DNA from: a virus
Taxonomy: Duplodnaviria; Caudoviricetes
DNA length: 28,488 bases
Strand: one strand, 5' to 3'
IMG/VR virus record: IMGVR_UViG_3300022821_000085
Coordinates: 1 to 28,488 of that record
This document shows, in pieces, positions 27,098 to 28,488 of the stretch. The notes under the pieces were generated by a model. That model was not told the origin of the DNA and did not search any database. It worked only from the letters and a program-made list of their open reading frames with translations. Position numbers and translations under genes: made by a program. The first letter of the stretch is position 1. Each line of letters starts with the position of its first letter.

Positions 27098-27272
27098 TTT
27101 CATATTTTTTAACTATTAATTCTACTTTTTCAACTTCGTCTTTGTGTCCTGACCAAATAAGGTTTCCATCTTCTGCAACACCTTCTAAAGTTAAATGTCT
27201 TAGCTTGGGAAGTAATTGATAAGCTAAGGTGTCTTCGTTTCTACTTATACCTGCGTAATCTATTGTTCTCAT
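27090..27272 (-). CDS. hypothetical protein, first gene of the early operon
   Basis: 60 aa ORF 26 nt downstream of the -10 of a DnaA-box promoter. Confidence 0.65.
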   Translation of the reverse strand: MRTIDYAGISRNEDTLAYQLLPKLRHLTLEGVAEDGNLIWSGHKDEVEKVELIVKKYENG

Positions 27273-27298
27273 AATGTTTTGTTAACTGCTATGTGTAT

Positions 27299-27341
27299 AT
27301 TATAGCTAATCTGTTTTGATTGTCTAATTAGTTATCCACAG
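27299..27341 (-). promoter_or_regulatory. DnaA-box-coupled promoter 1
   Basis: CTGTGGATAACT-3 nt-TAGACA-16 nt-TATAAT. Confidence 0.75.
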
Positions 27342-27609
27342 TTTTATATTACAGACATAGAAAGCAACTTTTACCTTTTAATGTAAGGCAAACTTTGGCT
27401 CTCTTTATATGTATTATTTACTGTTAATAGTTTACACAAGTTAATGCTTCTCTATCTAGTTAATTACGATACTTATTAAACGACAGGGCAAGAGTTGCCA
27501 ACTTGTTTTCCCTGTTTTCTCATAAATACCTTAATCAACTTTAAAATTTAGAAGACGTAGTTTAAAATTCCAGAACGCCTTAAAGGAATGTTGTAAATAA
27601 ATTGTATGC

Positions 27610-27640
27610 AAAAAAGACGCACATTGCTGTGCGACTTTTT
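27610..27640. terminator. intrinsic terminator, potentially bidirectional
   Basis: AAAAAAG-A-CGCACA-ttgc-TGTGCG-A-CTTTTT. Confidence 0.7.
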
Positions 27641-27710
27641 ATGCGGTGACTAAACCAGTAAAAAAACAGTTCGGTGTGAAATATTCTTTTACTGATTCTG
27701 CTTTAGTCAT
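27639..27710 (-). other. short leaderless ORF (23 aa) or sRNA folded into a hairpin
   Basis: TTCACA-16 nt-TATAAT (27717-27722, with upstream TG), ATG 6 nt downstream; TGACTAAA (27647-27654) pairs with TTTAGTCA (27702-27709). Confidence 0.4.
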
Positions 27711-27760
27711 ATATATATTATATCACAGTTTTAAGTTGTGTGAAACTTCTGCTAAAGTGC

Positions 27761-28368
27761 AGAGTGATATACACACCTTTTACAAATCATTATCTGGTTT
27801 ATGAGAAGCATAAAGCTTACCAAACATCGAAATTGTGTGCATACATCACTCTATTCTCTACGGGTTCATTCAGCTCAAAATAGTCTACTTTTGAACACTT
27901 CTCTATGATTAAGAACTGGTGGCGCTAGGCTAAGCATGATTAGTACCTAATTTTCTAAAATCACCTAGCTGCATCAATTCTCAATCTATTTATAATGTGC
28001 AAGATTGAGAAGGCAAGGTTTGACTTGCAAGAAGGCTCTAGGTTTATGTTGGGGAATATAACCGTATCCTTTTCCAACTCCTGTCAATTCAGGGCGACCT
28101 ATTTTATTTTGGGAACGTGCGTTATCCCTATTCCTAGCTACCGTATATTCTAGGTAGCTTTCGGCTCACAGTCCGATACTCCTCAATTCTACACACTATT
28201 TATAATGTGCAGGAGCGGGGGTATCCTAACCTCTAGACGAATGAATACAGCTATATCAAATGTTTTAAATATTGTTTAATGTACACTCGACAATATCCTA
28301 CACATTATATTTCGCTAATCATAGGGGAATCGAACCCCTGTCTACCCCTGCTTCTACACATTATATTT
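27761..28368 (-). ncRNA. cluster of candidate structured non-coding RNA modules
   Basis: No long ORF; successive long-range closing stems (27761-27852, 27917-27976, 27996-28195, 28204-28362) separated by repeated linkers. Confidence 0.45.
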
Positions 28369-28488
28369 ATGTTAAAGTTCTTCCTAAAGTATACACTATA
28401 ATCTTTTAATAAGATAGCCCACTTTAGAATATTTAGCTGGCAACTTTTCAGCTGTGTCGCAAAGGTCTAATACAACATTCATTGGCAA

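Noticed and set aside
19946-27341. DnaA boxes as a replication origin
   Set aside because: They are single, kilobases apart and each fixed to a promoter, unlike a clustered oriC-type array
28312-28345. A second complete tRNA gene
   Set aside because: Only a T-arm is present; no acceptor, D or anticodon arms can be built around it

Overview
AT-rich dsDNA tailed-phage fragment with a podovirus-like, P22-style gene order. Almost all genes are on the minus strand. Reading right to left: a ~1.2 kb non-coding region rich in RNA structure, a cluster of small early genes with internal duplications, a recombination module (SSAP, YqaJ exonuclease, SSB, NinB/NinG-like), tRNA-Thr(UGU), terminase small and large subunits, portal, scaffold, major capsid protein, head-tail and tail proteins, two probable ejection proteins, a tail fibre and small membrane/DUF1353 genes. 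A Patescibacteria (CPR)-type host is inferred from the SSB style and the lack of Shine-Dalgarno sites; this is not proven. The most unusual item is at the 5' end of the capsid gene. The capsid frame has no ATG at its expected start. A ~660-nt HNH endonuclease cassette, enclosed by a ~30-bp inverted repeat plus an outer helix, lies between an upstream ATG and the capsid frame, yet no group I or group II intron core is visible. Other notable items are three DnaA-box-coupled promoters with identical spacing, many extended -10 promoters just before start codons, a lone plus-strand membrane peptide gene, and tandem structured RNA modules. Protein family calls come from motif recognition and synteny only; no database searches were run.
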